This document shows positions 25,821-40,306 of a stretch of 64,000 nucleotides of DNA, piece by piece. Both the position numbers and the translations under genes were made by a program. Within the stretch, counting starts at the first letter, position 1. Each line of letters begins with the position of its first letter. The notes under the pieces are model-generated. The model had not been told where the DNA came from. It did not search any database and saw only the letters and a list, made by a program, of their open reading frames with translations. The stretch is taken from assembly GCA_951406725.2 (NCBI GenBank), contig OX597825.1, positions 16,492,001 through 16,556,000 of the forward strand, read 5' to 3'. Origin of the DNA: Octopus vulgaris. Taxonomy: Eukaryota.

Positions 25821-26587
25821 TGAAAGATCATTAAGATAGGAGTAGGATTGTGTGGACGTGAGAAAAGTCAGATCAACACAATGAAGAAATGTCAAAATTC
25901 AAACCAATTGAACCGGACATTGTGTGTGTGTGTGTGTTTGTCCGTGTAAGTATGTAATTGTGTGTGTATGTAATTGTGTATGTGCGGACGGTCGCTCACA
26001 CGCTTACGTGCTAGAGACTGTGTGTGCGTGGATTTCTATGCGTGCTTATGTGCGTGTGTTGGAAAGAAAGCATTTGTATATAGGTTAGTATATATGTATG
26101 TATGTGTGCGTGCGTGTGAGAGACGAAGTGGGCTAGTGTACATATGTGCATGTGTATGTACATGTATGTATGTGTAGTTCTCTCACTGCCCTCCACGCCA
26201 TGTCGATCGCCGTCCATTTCGGGATTAAAAAGACAAAAAACAAAAAGAAAACAAGCAGAAAACGGACTTAAAACAATGAAAAAAATATAAATAAAATATC
26301 AACGAATTAATCATAAAACAAAATGCAATTAAAACCATCACTGTTGTGATAATAATTAACTCTTACCACACAGCTTGTGTGATGTGAAAGCATTGCACCG
26401 AGATGACTGAAACATAATCGCCATTTGTCAGAGGTTATACGCATACTGCACGTATATCACACACGTTACAACAACCCCAGACGGTGAGGCACTATGAGGT
26501 CGGTCAATTTGCCTGAGCGAAAAACCAAATCTCATTTAAATAATGCTGTACTATCGCACAAATTGAACGTTACAACATAATTTGAGA

Positions 26588-27570
26588 TATTAGGTTGGAA
26601 AGAAGCTCTTGTCGCATTTAAGACATGATTATATCCAGCGTACTTTCTCAATATTTACAGTAAAATAATGTGATTTTGCGTCTTTGTAGATTAATCTATA
26701 CCAATGTGGTTAAATTATATCGATTTTGTTCTTTTTAAATGAATTATGATCAGACTCATATGAAACTGCATGAGGTATGAATTCAAAATGGACACTTCAG
26801 CGACGGAAGCGGCAATAAATAGTCATTCTGTTTATGGAAATGAAGCTTCAGGTTTCCGGACATGCCAACGATGGTTTCTAGTTTCGGTCCTTACTCTAGA
26901 CTCTCCTATCCTTGCTTCAGCTGACTTCATCCTTCATCCTTTCAGATCATAGTAATCATTATTTAGAGAATAACAGTTTATTAACTTTCGTTTTTAGATT
27001 TGGTTTGCAAGATTCATTATATAAGTTCGTGTGTTGAATCATATTCTGTTGTGTCTGGGGAGAGTCATTTTCTTTTTGTGCCTTATAATGTAACACACTC
27101 ACCGGTAAAATTTCCATTTTTTTCTTATTTTTATTTTCCTAAAATTTTCGTTGCGTTTTGCAACCTTTTCAATAGTCGTGACTCTTGTCAAGGCTAGTCA
27201 AGACTATTGAAAAGGTTGCAAGACGCAACGAAAATTTTAGGAAAATAAAAATAAGAAAAAAGTGGAAATTTTACCGGTGAGTGTGTTAAATAATAAGGCA
27301 CTAAAAGAAAATGACTCTCCCAGACACAACAGTTTATTAACTGTCAAGACATTAAAAAAGATATAGTAAAAATATAGTAGCTTTTTTTGCTTCGAAATCT
27401 GAAGGATTTTATGTCCGAGGAATTAACAATTTGGCGAAATAGATGGGTTTACGTCATCAATACGTTGGGTAAATATTATCTTGATTAAGTATATCAATGA
27501 ACATCAAAGAAGCATACGTTTCTTTCTCATCTTAAAATGCGACATCTTAAAATTTCTTTCTAACCTAGAT
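26588..27570 (+). mobile_element. Internally deleted mariner element with both TIRs
   Basis: TIRs ttaggttggaaagaag..tgtcgcattt / aaatgcgaca..tttctttctaaccta; N-terminus MRYEFK..SATEAA..SVYG..RTCQRWF; degenerate YSPDLAPSDFHLF-like; C-terminus FFASKSEGFYVRGI..RW..I..GKYYLD*. Confidence 0.88.
26987..27332. mobile_element. Fold-back insertion with 15-bp TSD inside the mariner ORF
   Basis: TSD aacagtttattaact at 26972-26986 and 27328-27342; arms 27046-27183 and 27196-27332. Confidence 0.9.
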
Positions 27571-29045
27571 ACAAAATAAAATAGACCTCTCTCTCGTCTT
27601 TGACAATCATCATTCAGTTGTTGGGCCAAACGAATTACATTCTCACTGGTTTAGCATTTAAATAGATAAAATGTTAACAAGAGCATGTGCCCTTAAGGTA
27701 ATCTTCGGGCAGAGTCAGCGTAACACTGTATATGAGGTTGGTCTTCTGAAAGTTTGTGACCGTCTGTGACTAGGTTCCATTTTCAAATGAGAGCAAACCA
27801 TCCAACGAACTTCCACAAAATTCCCATCTACCCAATTTCACTGAAAATACTTCAGTTTAAGCCTAAAAAGGGGTAAAAGATACTGGTTCTTCATTATATT
27901 ACCAGACCACACAAGGTACACACAGCTACACATTTGTCCTTCTAATTCTTCGCCCACTATTTTTGGGAAAGATGCGGGGTTAGACTCTTCAGATATCTCC
28001 TCCATCAAGTCTTTCTACAAGCAACCGTCATTAAACGTTCCTGCAGAATTCTCAAGCGTGACTAACTGATATTATGGATATTGTAGACCAGGAGAAAAAT
28101 CTCTTAATATATAATAGTCAAAATTATAAACAATGAAATAAGAAAAGCAACAGGCAGGAGGAATGATAAAACTATTAGAACCGTTGGGGACGGAATGCTT
28201 TTCGGTAGATGCTCATGATCTTTGTGATGTGATAGAAAGGTCTGAGGCCACATTATTGCATGAATGCCGAACTGTATCAATCTTTGTCTTTTCTTCGGAC
28301 AACATCAATCGTGCGAGGAGGCTTGACTTCCAGTCAGGGGCAAATAGCAAATACTCGTCTTTCATAAGGTTAGAGCCAGAATTTTCAAGGAGGAAATCCT
28401 TAGTCTTACGGGGGATCTCCGGGTATATATAAGTATATGTATATGAACACACATACACACATACACACGCACTCCCACACGCACGCACACATACATACAT
28501 ATATACACACATACTATATACATACACTACCGTCAGAAATTAATTAGCAACCTTGATTTGCTCTTCACTCAAGGTATGTGCTGTCACCTAGTGGCCATAT
28601 CTCGAACTATTGCTTTGTTGCGAGTTCACTGTTGCGCAGAACGATGACGTAACTTTGTTTGCAGAGCAGTTTGAGAGTCTACAGCCTTATGATGTTGACA
28701 TAGCAGTGCAACAACAACTTGGAGTGCGGATGCAGACAAATCTTCCTTTGTTTAATAGATATAGGTAGCGCCTCGCAAGGACCGAAATCACACCATACTA
28801 AGTTTTCTCATCGCGTAAGACGTTTTGAACAGCTCATAGGTTAATTGATTTAACCTATTTAATGTAGAAATTTGAGAAGTGCTAATTAATTTCTGACGCA
28901 AGTGTACATCTATTCATTACGTGAAACAAAGGCAATATTAGGTGAAAGTCATCTCTGCATCTTAATGAAAATACATCATCCAGACACATACACACACACA
29001 CACTCTCTCTCACACACGCACACACACAAACACACTCACACACAA

Positions 29046-29109
<64 letters not shown>

Positions 29110-29697
29110 GCACACATACGTGTAATATGACAGAATTGAAGTCAGGCTCAGCTGAACGCAATTCGTAGCTGAGTACACCCGCTCCGTATTCAATTGGACG
29201 GTATATTGTATGTTTTGACCTCCGTAGTACACCTGCACCATATAATTTCAATCCGTGTTCTTTCTCTTCTTTTTGCCCTTAGGTTGTGATTTCTTGGAAA
29301 TTTAACTAGTATATTTAACAAGGAAGTGCCCCGGCATTGATTCTTAAGTAAGTCAATAGTACCGACGAACTTGCGAAGAACTCAATACTTATTTTCTGAA
29401 AGATCACTTTGGAAACCTACAACACAACGGGTAATTATTTGCTAGTGGGTGTCTCTACTCTCTCTCACTTTCTCTCTCTCACTTTCTCTCTCTCTCTCTC
29501 TCTCTCAAATATTTGTTTTGTTTTTTGCATACTGTCTAAAATTTCAGTAATTAAATTAATTACATTAAATTCCGAGTAAATTAAATTTATTTCAAATTAA
29601 ATATATTTCAGATTAAATTGAATAATAAATGTTGAAACACGACGGCAATCAAAACACGATAAATATGCAACTAATATATTTTCAATGATGTAAAGGC

Positions 29698-30165
<468 letters not shown>

Positions 30166-30604
30166 ATCCTTATATCATCATTAAATGCTGTCTTGTATTC
30201 CAGCAAAAGGAAGTCAAGACATATAGTCTATGTGCCAACGTAGTGTGCATATATTCTATAAAAAAAGAAAAAACGTATAATTGAAATAAGATTGTTTTGC
30301 TATCGAAATATGAGACATCACGAAAATATTCGTTCAACATATTGGAACTCATATGATTATTTTATTTAATTAGTACGTATTTCATATAGCAATTTGCTAA
30401 TAATAATTTCGTGGAACATAAGTTTTGACTTTCGGTAAGTGACTCATTAGTTCACAGAATTTCTGTTGGCCAATACTGACAATGGACCGCGTGAAATTGG
30501 TACGAATAATTTCCTTCTTGCAAAGGGACTTCCATAGGAAAGCAACCTATAGGCACCACTATTTACAACCTTCGACGATACAACGCACATATATATATAT
30601 ATAG

Positions 30605-30801
30605 CGAGGGCGCATGACCTAGCAATCTTGAGTTCAATTCCTAGACCTTTTGGTGCGTTGTAGTATTGAGCAACACTCTTCATCTCACCTTGCTCTGCGA
30701 TCATGTCGACATCTGACGCGTAGTACACAGTGCATCTGTTCAGAGACAACGTTGATTTGATGGAGGGAGTGAGCTAAAGTACAACACTTACATTTGATCA
30801 C
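30605..30801 (+). mobile_element. Degenerate tRNA-headed CORE-like SINE (family E)
   Basis: ggcgcatgacctag...gagttcaattcc...ttgagcaacactcttcatctcaccttgct. Confidence 0.6.
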
Positions 30802-30816
30802 ATATATATATATACA

Positions 30817-31122
30817 TGGAGGCGCAATGGCCTAGTGGTTAGGGCAGCGGACTCGCGGTCGTAGAATCGCAGTTTCGATTCCCAGACCGGGCGTTGTGAG
30901 TGTTTATTGGGCGAAAACACCTAAAAGCTCCACGACGCTCCGGCAGGGGGTGGTGATCCCTGCTGTACTCTTTCACCACTCTTTCTCTCTCTCTTTCTTC
31001 TGTTGGCCTGCTCGCTTAGCCAGCGGGGTAGCGTCGTTCGAAGGCTAAAACAATGCGAACGCATTGTGACCAGCGATGTGTAGCAACATCTGATGGTCTG
31101 GTCGGTCACGTGATCACGTGAT
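30817..31122 (+). mobile_element. SINE with family C head and a distinct tail
   Basis: GGAGGCGCAATGGCCTAGTGGTTAG...GTTTCGATTCCC; body matches 13560-13700; ends gtcacgtgatcacgtgat. Confidence 0.88.
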
Positions 31123-32099
31123 ATATATACATATATATACATACATATATCGTTCGTAGTAAACATAAATCCAGAGAACAAGCACACTTTAAGATGTAAA
31201 GTAGTGTATAGGTCTTAGGCTAACAGGTTTTGTGGTCTGACGATACGCCATAAAGGTAAAGCATTTATGGGCAGGAAACCCAGGGTAATGCCATGAATCG
31301 GCGCTCCCCATTAATAGGTTAGAAACCAGCTCTTTCCTTATTGGCAAGAAATCTTGAAATAAAACTGAATAATCACAGACATAGATACCTAAGTGTGTGT
31401 GTGTGTGTATGAATGTGTGTATGTGCATCCTGCGTGCGTGTGTGTATGGTCACCAATAATACACAACTTCTAACAATGCCGTACAACGCTTAAACACTCA
31501 ACCCTCTTGGACGGAAATAATGTAACAAGTGGAGATAACTGATGCATGCTTTTGTAGGTTATATTGTCCTACATAAAACTTTATTTGTACTTTAAGGATA
31601 CAATCAATGAATGAGGGTGAGATTTCTACTGAACAAATTCAAGTAGAAGAAAACAAGAAAAGTAAAGGCGAGCCCCGAAATTCTCACTGCCATGCAAGCA
31701 TTATATTTAAGAATCTCACGTAAAGATATCCCATATTTATCGAAAGAGAACAATGAAAGAGGAATCAATAGAATAAAAGCCGCATACATATTCATAATTC
31801 CATTATGTTATGTTATGTTATGTTGAATGAATCACTTGTTCATTTCATACTATGTTGAAGTTTGTGAGTGGGCGAAACGTATTCTATGCCAGCCATTATC
31901 AGGTCTATGAACATCATGCTCTTTGATAAACTGTTTAATGTCCCCTCCACTTCTCTCTCTCTTTCTCTCTCTCTCTGTCTCTGTCTCTCTTTCTCTCTCT
32001 CTCTCTCTCTTATTCAGAGAAAGGATTATGATGAGATAAGAATCTAATAACATTTAGAGCACTTCCAAAAACGACGGCTGCCACCGCTAACATTCATGC

Positions 32100-32780
32100 G
32101 GCTGTAGCCCCCACCGCCCGCCAATACTACCACCGCTACCATCGGCTACCAGAAGTAGCAGCAGCAGCACCACCACCGCCACCGCCGCCACCAACACCAC
32201 TATGACCACCACCACCACCATGACCACCACCATGACCACCACCACTATGACCACCACCATGACCACCACCACCACCACCAACAACACCACCACCACCATC
32301 TGAGCCGCAAGCGCAGCCGCCGTCTCCACAGCACAAACACTTCCGTCTCGACCACAAACGCTGCCGCTGCTACCACAGCTGTCAGTACCATTAATACCAC
32401 CACCATCACCACCTTCACCGCCACTACCACACTACCACCTCCAGCTTTACCAGCACCGGCACCAGTCGCACTAATACCTACACCACAATCGCCATCATCA
32501 TCATCATCAACATCATCAGCTGCTGCAGCAGCCAGAACCAGCACCAGCACCATCACCACTACCACCACACACACCACTTCCCCATCAGCATTACCATTCA
32601 AACCACCACCAGAATTTCCACCCCCATCACAACCATAACTAAAACCAAGAATAAGAGCAACAATGCCACCGCCATCACCAGCACCACCACCACCACCACC
32701 ACAGCTACCACAAGTACTACCACCACCATCACCACCACCTACACCACTACCAACGGACAACAACAATAGCAATAACCGTA
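32100..32780. repeat. Degenerate (CAC/CAN)n trinucleotide array
   Basis: Direct inspection. Confidence 0.85.
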
Positions 32781-33424
32781 TACTTTGTAATTCTGCCAAA
32801 TGTAAAGATTAGATTCTCTAGTTACTTATCTGACACGAAGAAGTTTTCAATCAGAATGTTTGGAATAAAATAGAGCTATCTTTATCGATGTATACAATTG
32901 CGTGTGAAGTATTCCAACAACAAACACACTAGAACCACAATCAGTTCATTGCTGCAAGCCACTTAGAATGATCCTCTCGTTATTCAAAAATGCCTCATAC
33001 TTCTAATATCTGTCTATATTATTGAATATCTCAGAAGCTCCATACAATACACTATACTGATTGTTCGTTCATTTCTAGGTAAGGGGGCATAGTTTAATAG
33101 TTTTATTATTATATTGATTTTTGGACAGCCAATAAGATATAATAATGCAATGCTAGCCGTTTTCCAGCGTTATTCATAAAATCCTGCAACCGGCATTTAG
33201 CTGTCAAGTCGTTCAGTGGTAAAAGAACAAACTAGTTTATGGTATCATTTCTCCTTTTTATGATTATTTATTTCTTCGCACATCGGTGACCTGCTCGTTT
33301 GTTATTCTTAAAATACTCTGGCAGATTCGAACGTGAATATGCTATTCGCTGTTACGTTTTGTCACAGGAAAACAACTTCTCTTTTACGTCAAATATGTAT
33401 TCATAACACACCCAATTCATTACC

Positions 33425-33660
33425 TATTTCTTTATTACCCACAAGGGGCTAAACACAGAGTGGACAAACAAGGACAGACATAGGTATTAAGTCGATTACA
33501 TCGACCCCAGTGCGTAACTGGTACTTAATTTATCGACCCCGAAAGGATGAAAGGCAAACGCGACCTCGGCGGAATTTGAACTCACAACGTAACGCAGACG
33601 AAATACCGCTAAGCATTTCGCCCGGCGTGCTAACGTTTCTGCCAGCTCGCCGCCAGCTCG
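33425..33660 (-). mobile_element. SINE family A monomer with 14-bp TSD
   Basis: cccaattcattacc at 33411-33424 and 33661-33674. Confidence 0.93.
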
Positions 33661-33667
33661 CCCAATT

Positions 33668-34200
33668 CATTACCACAAGGGATTCGCACACTCGGTACTT
33701 CGACATCATTATGTCTCGTTAATTAATTACAACCAGAGCTTATGAATATAACAAGAGGTTTTACCTCTTGCTAATAACTTCAGATAACAAATGGATTGTT
33801 CTTGCGTTTTTTATATCTAGAAACATTGCTAAGTTTTGTAATAGTAAATTGTAATTAGTTCAACATGGTAGCACCTTACTTGTACCTATTTAGTTTTTAT
33901 TAAAGCTAGTGAGGTGTACTGCTAAGTTGAAGACATTACCACGAGCGATATGGACAATCGGTATTTCGACATCATTGTGTCTAGTTAGTAAAATGCAACC
34001 GAGACTAACGAATTGAACAAGAGGTTGTAGCTCTTGTTTATTACTTCAGCTAACAAATAGACGCCTGTTGCGTCTGTTTAATCTAGGAACCACGCTAACG
34101 TTTGTAATTGTAAATTGTAATCAATTCGACTTGATACCGCAGGTTATTGGTACTTATTTGATTCCAGTCAAATCTGGTGACTTGTATGACTAAGGTGAAA
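33668..34200. repeat. Diverged tandem duplication, ~267-bp period
   Basis: cattaccac...cggtayttcgacatcatt...aacaagaggtt...gtaaattgtaat repeated from ~33668 and ~33934. Confidence 0.85.
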
Positions 34201-34322
34201 TCAGCCATGGTTAAATTCAGAATGCGCAAAGAAATTTAATACGGAATGAATTCAGCGAAACTTCCACTGTTTCCGCTTTAATTATAATCAATAATCAAAG
34301 ATTTCAATCTATATGCCCTACA

Positions 34323-34532
34323 AGGTGACGAGCTTGCAGAATCGGTATTACGCCGGGCAAAATACTTAGTGGTATTTCACCTGTCTTTACGTTCCGAGTT
34401 CAAATTCTGCCGAGGTCGACTCTGCCTTTCATTATTTCGGGACCGATAAAATAAGTACCAGTTGAACACCTTGATCGATGTAATCGACCTTAGCCCCACG
34501 GAAAGCTGAGGACCTTGAGCCCAAATTTGAAA

Positions 34533-34533
<1 letters not shown>
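34323..34533 (+). mobile_element. SINE family A variant (alternative tail)
   Basis: Head aggtgacgagcttgcagaatc, gagttcaaattctgccgaggtcgac, tail gaccttgagcccaaatttgaa. Confidence 0.85.
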
Positions 34534-34588
<55 letters not shown>

Positions 34589-34920
34589 TATATATTTTAT
34601 ACATATTTTTATTATTCAGGTCACTGCCTGCAATCGAGCCCGCGTTCTTAACCATTACGCCATATGCCTGTGTTAACAACAAACAAGATGAGAACAAATA
34701 TACTTCAAATTTAAATACTGTAAATAATGTACATAATTCCTCATCTCTTAAATATACAACTGCAAAAAGAAATAAAGATGAAGATAAGTGATACTTTTGT
34801 TTCTCTTAAAGATATACGTGTACTAAGTAAAGTAAATTATTTCTAGCAAAATTTAATGATTCTCAGTTCAGCCCATTTTATCATTTCTAGTGATCGCACG
34901 ATGAAGACTAAACACACAAC

Positions 34921-34959
<39 letters not shown>

Positions 34960-35054
34960 GCACGTGTGTTCGCGTACACATATTTTAGTTTGTTCCTTTT
35001 GATATTGTATGTCTTGTAATGCATTGAGGTAAATGAAGAATGTATTAAAATGTT

Positions 35055-35350
35055 GGCAGTGTGGTTAAAAAGCTCGCATTGCAGCCACATGGTTTCAGGT
35101 TCAGTCCTACTGCGCGTCAACTCGAGCAAGTGTCTTCTACTACAGTCCCGGTTTGTTTACGTCTTTGCGACTTAGCGTTTCGGCAAAAAAATAATTGAAA
35201 ACTGATAGGATAATTACTAGGCTTAAAAAAAACAACAACAACAACGAAAAAGAAACCCCATAAGTACTTTGAATCGATTTGTTCGACTATGAATTCTTCA
35301 AGGCGGTGCCCCAGCATGGCCGCAGTCAAAAGACTGAAACAGTTTAAAGA
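35055..35350 (+). mobile_element. SINE family B, internally deleted
   Basis: 5-prime head fused directly to the 3-prime half. Confidence 0.75.
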
Positions 35351-35403
35351 TAGATATATACGGGGTAGCATCAACAATGTCTCAGGAGTAGTCATGTTTA
35401 ATG

Positions 35404-35553
35404 AGGAGTGGCTGTGTGGTAAGTAGCTTGCTTACGAACCACATGGTTCCGGGTTCAGTCAAACTACGGGGCACCTTGGGCTTCTACTATAGCTTCCGGC
35501 CGACCAAAGCCTTGTGAGTGAATTTGGTGGATGGAAACTGAAAGAAGACCATC

Positions 35554-35629
<76 letters not shown>

Positions 35630-35843
35630 TTGTGTGTCTGTGCTTGTCCCCCCAACATCGTTTGACAACCGATGCTGTTGTGTTTACGTCCACGTAACTT
35701 AACGGTTCAGTAAAACAGACCGCTAGAATGAGTACTAGGCTTACTAAGAATAAGTCCTGGGGTTCGATTTGCTCGACTAAAGATGGTGCTCCAGTATGGC
35801 CACAGTCACATGACTGAAACAAGTAAAAGAGTAAAAGAGTAAA
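35404..35843 (+). mobile_element. SINE family B, full length
   Basis: Colinear with 14321-14741. Confidence 0.9.
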
Positions 35844-36694
35844 GTTTTAACATAAGCTGTTTTGAAATAGTCACCTTGCGCAGCACCACACCTTTTAACT
35901 AAAGGATGAAAACTATCGAGACTCACTTTCTGTCTGCGGGAAACCATGGTAACGGGGACGGGCAAAACGCGTGAGTGACGGACTGAACACCGAACAATAC
36001 ATCAGTACTTACGGACTTGCTTTGATTTCTCTGCCTATTCTGTTTTAATCTCACAAAGTTTGGCTTCACCCGTTTTTTTTTTTTTTTATCTCTTTGAAGA
36101 AATGGAACATTTGTTATGTATTGAATTCAGAACTTGAAAAAAATCGCCTCGAGTAAATATTTTGTCTTATATTACGTTTGTTTCATTCGCTACTGATAAA
36201 ATAATTATAATATACTAATATGTTGAGACCGATTCAATCGTCAATTCTTGTAATATTAAACAGAAAAAATAGGCATATGGTTGAAAGTACAAAGAATAAA
36301 TAACCAAGCAAAAAAAAAAATAATAATAAAAAAACACGCAATAAAACAAAGCCAAAAAAATCTTCCCCAAAGATATGAAAAGAACAGAAAGAAAAGCTGT
36401 TTTTAATAAAATTCGAATGTAAAAGCAAATTTAAATAAACATAGAGACAGGAAAAATAGTAAAATTATGTTGCTAAAACTCGTGTTGGTTACTGAAATAT
36501 CGCTATTGAACGTAATACATCGAACTTTATGAATAAAGTGGAATAATCGAATCATACAGCATTTTAGCATTTTTTCCTTCCTATTCTAATAAAGGCGAGA
36601 GATATGTAGGTTTTGATATGAATTTGAGATTATTGATAGGGAAAATACTCTAGTTTTAATGTCGAGGTTATTTCTACTAAGCTTATAACCTTAA

Positions 36695-36752
<58 letters not shown>

Positions 36753-36838
36753 ACACACACGCACGCACACACAAACACACACGCACACACACACACACGC
36801 GCGCGCACACACACTCGCACGCATGCACACGCACACAC

Positions 36839-36870
<32 letters not shown>

Positions 36871-37312
36871 GCATACACATACACACACGCACACGTACAC
36901 ACACATACACACACACACGCACGCACACACACACACACACACACGCACGCACATACACTCGCGCACGCACACACACATACACACACACACACACACACAT
37001 ACACACACACGCACACACAAACACACATACACACACACACGCTCACACACACACGCACACACACACACACACACACGCACACACACACACACACACACAC
37101 AGACACACACACACACACACACATACGGCATTTTCGCCGCATACGTACACGCAAGCAGCAAGCACGTGCGTGTACACAAACAATCCCCGGAAACAAGGAC
37201 AAGACAAATTACATTGAGCAGATATAACATGATAGCAGAATATATAAATATTTTATTTTGAATGTAATTTTAATATTAGGAAAACTGAAATGGCGTTGTT
37301 GTACGCAATCCG

Positions 37313-37383
<71 letters not shown>

Positions 37384-37783
37384 ACATACACACACATGCG
37401 CACACACAGAGATACGCATACATAAAAACAAATGCACATATTGATGGCGTTGCTTAGCCTCCAGGTTACACCTGATTGGACGAAACTATGAGCAATGGCG
37501 GCATTCAACCAATAGTTATTCAGTCTTTTTCTCATGCTTAATATACGTGGGACAACATACATACATATATACATACATACATACTCATACATACATACTC
37601 ATACATACATAAAACATACATATATGCATACATACATACATATATGTATACATACATACATGCATACATACATACATGCGTACATACATAGATTCGTACA
37701 TACATTCTTGCATACATAAACACACACATATTTTTCTCTGTCTATCTGTCTCTGTCTCTATACATATATGTATATGTATATAT

Positions 37784-37848
<65 letters not shown>

Positions 37849-37930
37849 CATTCATAAATATATTCATACATACATATATGCCTATATATATATATATATT
37901 TATATTCATATGTATGTATATATATATATT
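36695..37930. repeat. Very long (CA)n/(CACG)n and (TACA)n arrays
   Basis: Direct inspection. Confidence 0.95.
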
Positions 37931-39279
37931 ATAAGTGTCATTCCTTTCTAATGTCAAAAGAATGGGATTTAAGGAGATCTGACTTCTATTTCTAGCAAGC
38001 AGGAAGGTTACGTAGATGTTTCTTTTAATGTTGTAGTAGGTGGATTGATCTCCTAAGGGTCCTTGCATATTTCAATCTCTCTTGTGGAGCATATGTTCGG
38101 AGTGTTGATGTCGGATGCATATTTGAAGAATCAACGCAATAGTTAACTTTTATCGTCAATGATTGACGGTATTGCAGACGCAGGAACTTAATCATCTCTA
38201 CTGTGCCCTGCCTTTTTCTCCCGATGCAAGTGCCTCATGACAAGTACACTTACAACCTCTCTACTCGTGGATACTCCACAGAGAAAAGGCAAGTTAGTGC
38301 ACCTGCAGCATCAATGGAGAGACAGGGGATGCCAAATATTAGATAAGTGTAGCCGTATATATATGTAGTAGTGTACCACCCGCTACATTTTCTGCAGGGC
38401 GTTACTCCTTTAGGTTTTTTTAAACCCTCAATAAATCATACTGCAACGCACGAAGCATTTATTATTATTGAGGGCATCATTTGTGCTGGGCTAGTCCCAT
38501 TCGCTTGTCCCCCAATTTTGTATTGATCTGGACTCAACAAATCCCACGAGCCCAGTAATTATCAGAATGCAAGATACGTATGGAGTTACCTTCCCTTAGA
38601 CGAATAGCTAAAGAGCAGGAAGGACTGATCTGTTCTGGGACCTTTTGGAGTGTCTTTAAGAGACGTCCTTTCAGAAGTGAGATGTAATAAGGTTCTCTGA
38701 TAGATTCTGCCAACCTTCACTTCATGTTATGTACAAAATTATACTCACTTGTTACAAAGAAGACAGAAGCTAAAAGATATTCGTATATTATATACCAAGA
38801 GTATTAGCAACTAAGAGCTAAGAAAATTACCTTTAGCATTGTGTTTTTATATATATTTTATTATTTACGTGAAAATACGACAGTGGCTATTGCTGTTGCT
38901 TCTTTTCTATTTTACCACAGACCATTACAATATAGTTTTCTATGACATTGGTAGTTACTTTCTTTGGTGAAAGCAAGATTGTTGAAATCTAATTATTTCA
39001 ATGTAAAAGTATTAAAAGACAGTAACATGAAGTTTTATATGTAGAGAGATTGGAAAACAATTTGTTTCTTTTCAAGTTTATCAGATTTCATTATTTCCCA
39101 GAGAGACAGGTGATATTATTAATGAGCTCAGAATACATGACGTAATAACACTATTATTGACCTAATGGACGCCTATGTCTAGAATGGTTAGTTTATAAAT
39201 GACTGTGAGTGTGTACTTCAAAATTTTGGAAGAAATTGCCTAGCTTCCTCGAGGTCTTTTCATTTCAGTACAAACATAC

Positions 39280-39440
39280 CCGTGTGGTTAAGGAACTCGC
39301 TTTGCAGCTACGTGGTTTCAATTTCAATCCAAATACGTGCGGCACCTTGGGCAAGTGTCTTCTATCTTGTAGCTCTGTGTCGATCAATGCTATATACGTG
39401 AATTGGGTAGACGGAAATTGTAGCGGAAGACCATCTTACA
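39280..39440 (+). mobile_element. SINE family B, degenerate 5-prime half
   Basis: ggcaccttgggcaagtgtcttcta...ggtagacggaaattg. Confidence 0.7.
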
Positions 39441-39869
39441 CAGATTTCATTCTGCCACTTACCATGAGGAAGCTGACAAGTTAAATACATTCAGAGCAAT
39501 GATTGTTTAAACATGTTCAGTCAACCGTGTCAGCCTTAACTTACGACGCCAAACATTGTCACTTGATACAACACACGGACGTACCGGGGAAGCAATAAAA
39601 ATCTCTAAGACCAGTCATATGACTATCCTCTACCAACGAAATCCTATTCAAAACATATACTAATTTGAGCCATGAACTCCCTATAAAAATAGAGCAAGCT
39701 TCAAACACTAGTCAGAAACAACACAGATGTGACATAAGCCACGTCTTTCCATTTGAACCTTTTGAAAATCAGGGTAAACTGTGAAACCGGTTAAAGCTTC
39801 AAATGTATTAATAAAAAATATTTCAGCTTTTCTCAGTGCATTTGCAACTTCTATATTTCATATATATGC

Positions 39870-39912
<43 letters not shown>

Positions 39913-39915
<3 letters not shown>

Positions 39916-40283
39916 ATATAAACGGCAGTTTGTCTGTGCGTGTTTCTGTGTGTCTGTTTTCTCGCCTCACCCTGACCACGGCTTTCAACCGATTCTGATG
40001 AAACTTGACACACGCATAGCCCAATGTCATAATTCAAAACTAACGCAGCGAAAATTTTGAAAAGTTCCCCCAGTTCTGAAAAAAATCGATAAATTCGACA
40101 TGGGGTCGAGAATAAAAAAAACAAACCACAGACTGTCTAGGGACGCAACTCAACCTTTTTTACTCTCAAAAAAATTTACCATCATTTTTTTCCATTTTTT
40201 GCTAATTTTTGGCTATAACTCTCTAAAGATGCTTTATAGTTATTTCCCTTACAAACCTGAGCAACGCCGGGCGATACTGCTAG
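39913..40283 (+). mobile_element. Non-autonomous Helitron, complete
   Basis: 5-prime TC, 3-prime CTAG, inserted between A and T, subterminal hairpin cctgagcaacgccggg; second copy at 53150-53533. Confidence 0.9.
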
Positions 40284-40306
40284 TATATATATATATATAT
40301 ATATAT

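Noticed and set aside
25095-25895. Asp-rich biomineralisation-like or His-rich protein
   Set aside because: Pure GAT/GAC/GAA array open on both strands; no signal peptide or splice evidence
28163-28432. 89-aa ORF as a host exon
   Set aside because: No recognisable motif in any frame; ends in microsatellite; no splice support
30817-30895. Functional tRNA genes at SINE heads
   Set aside because: Each continues into a SINE body and lacks a proper acceptor stem and terminator
32136-32799. Gly/His-rich cephalopod structural-protein-like ORF (GGGHGGGH)
   Set aside because: Degenerate (CAC)n repeat; the Gly-rich frame shifts repeatedly
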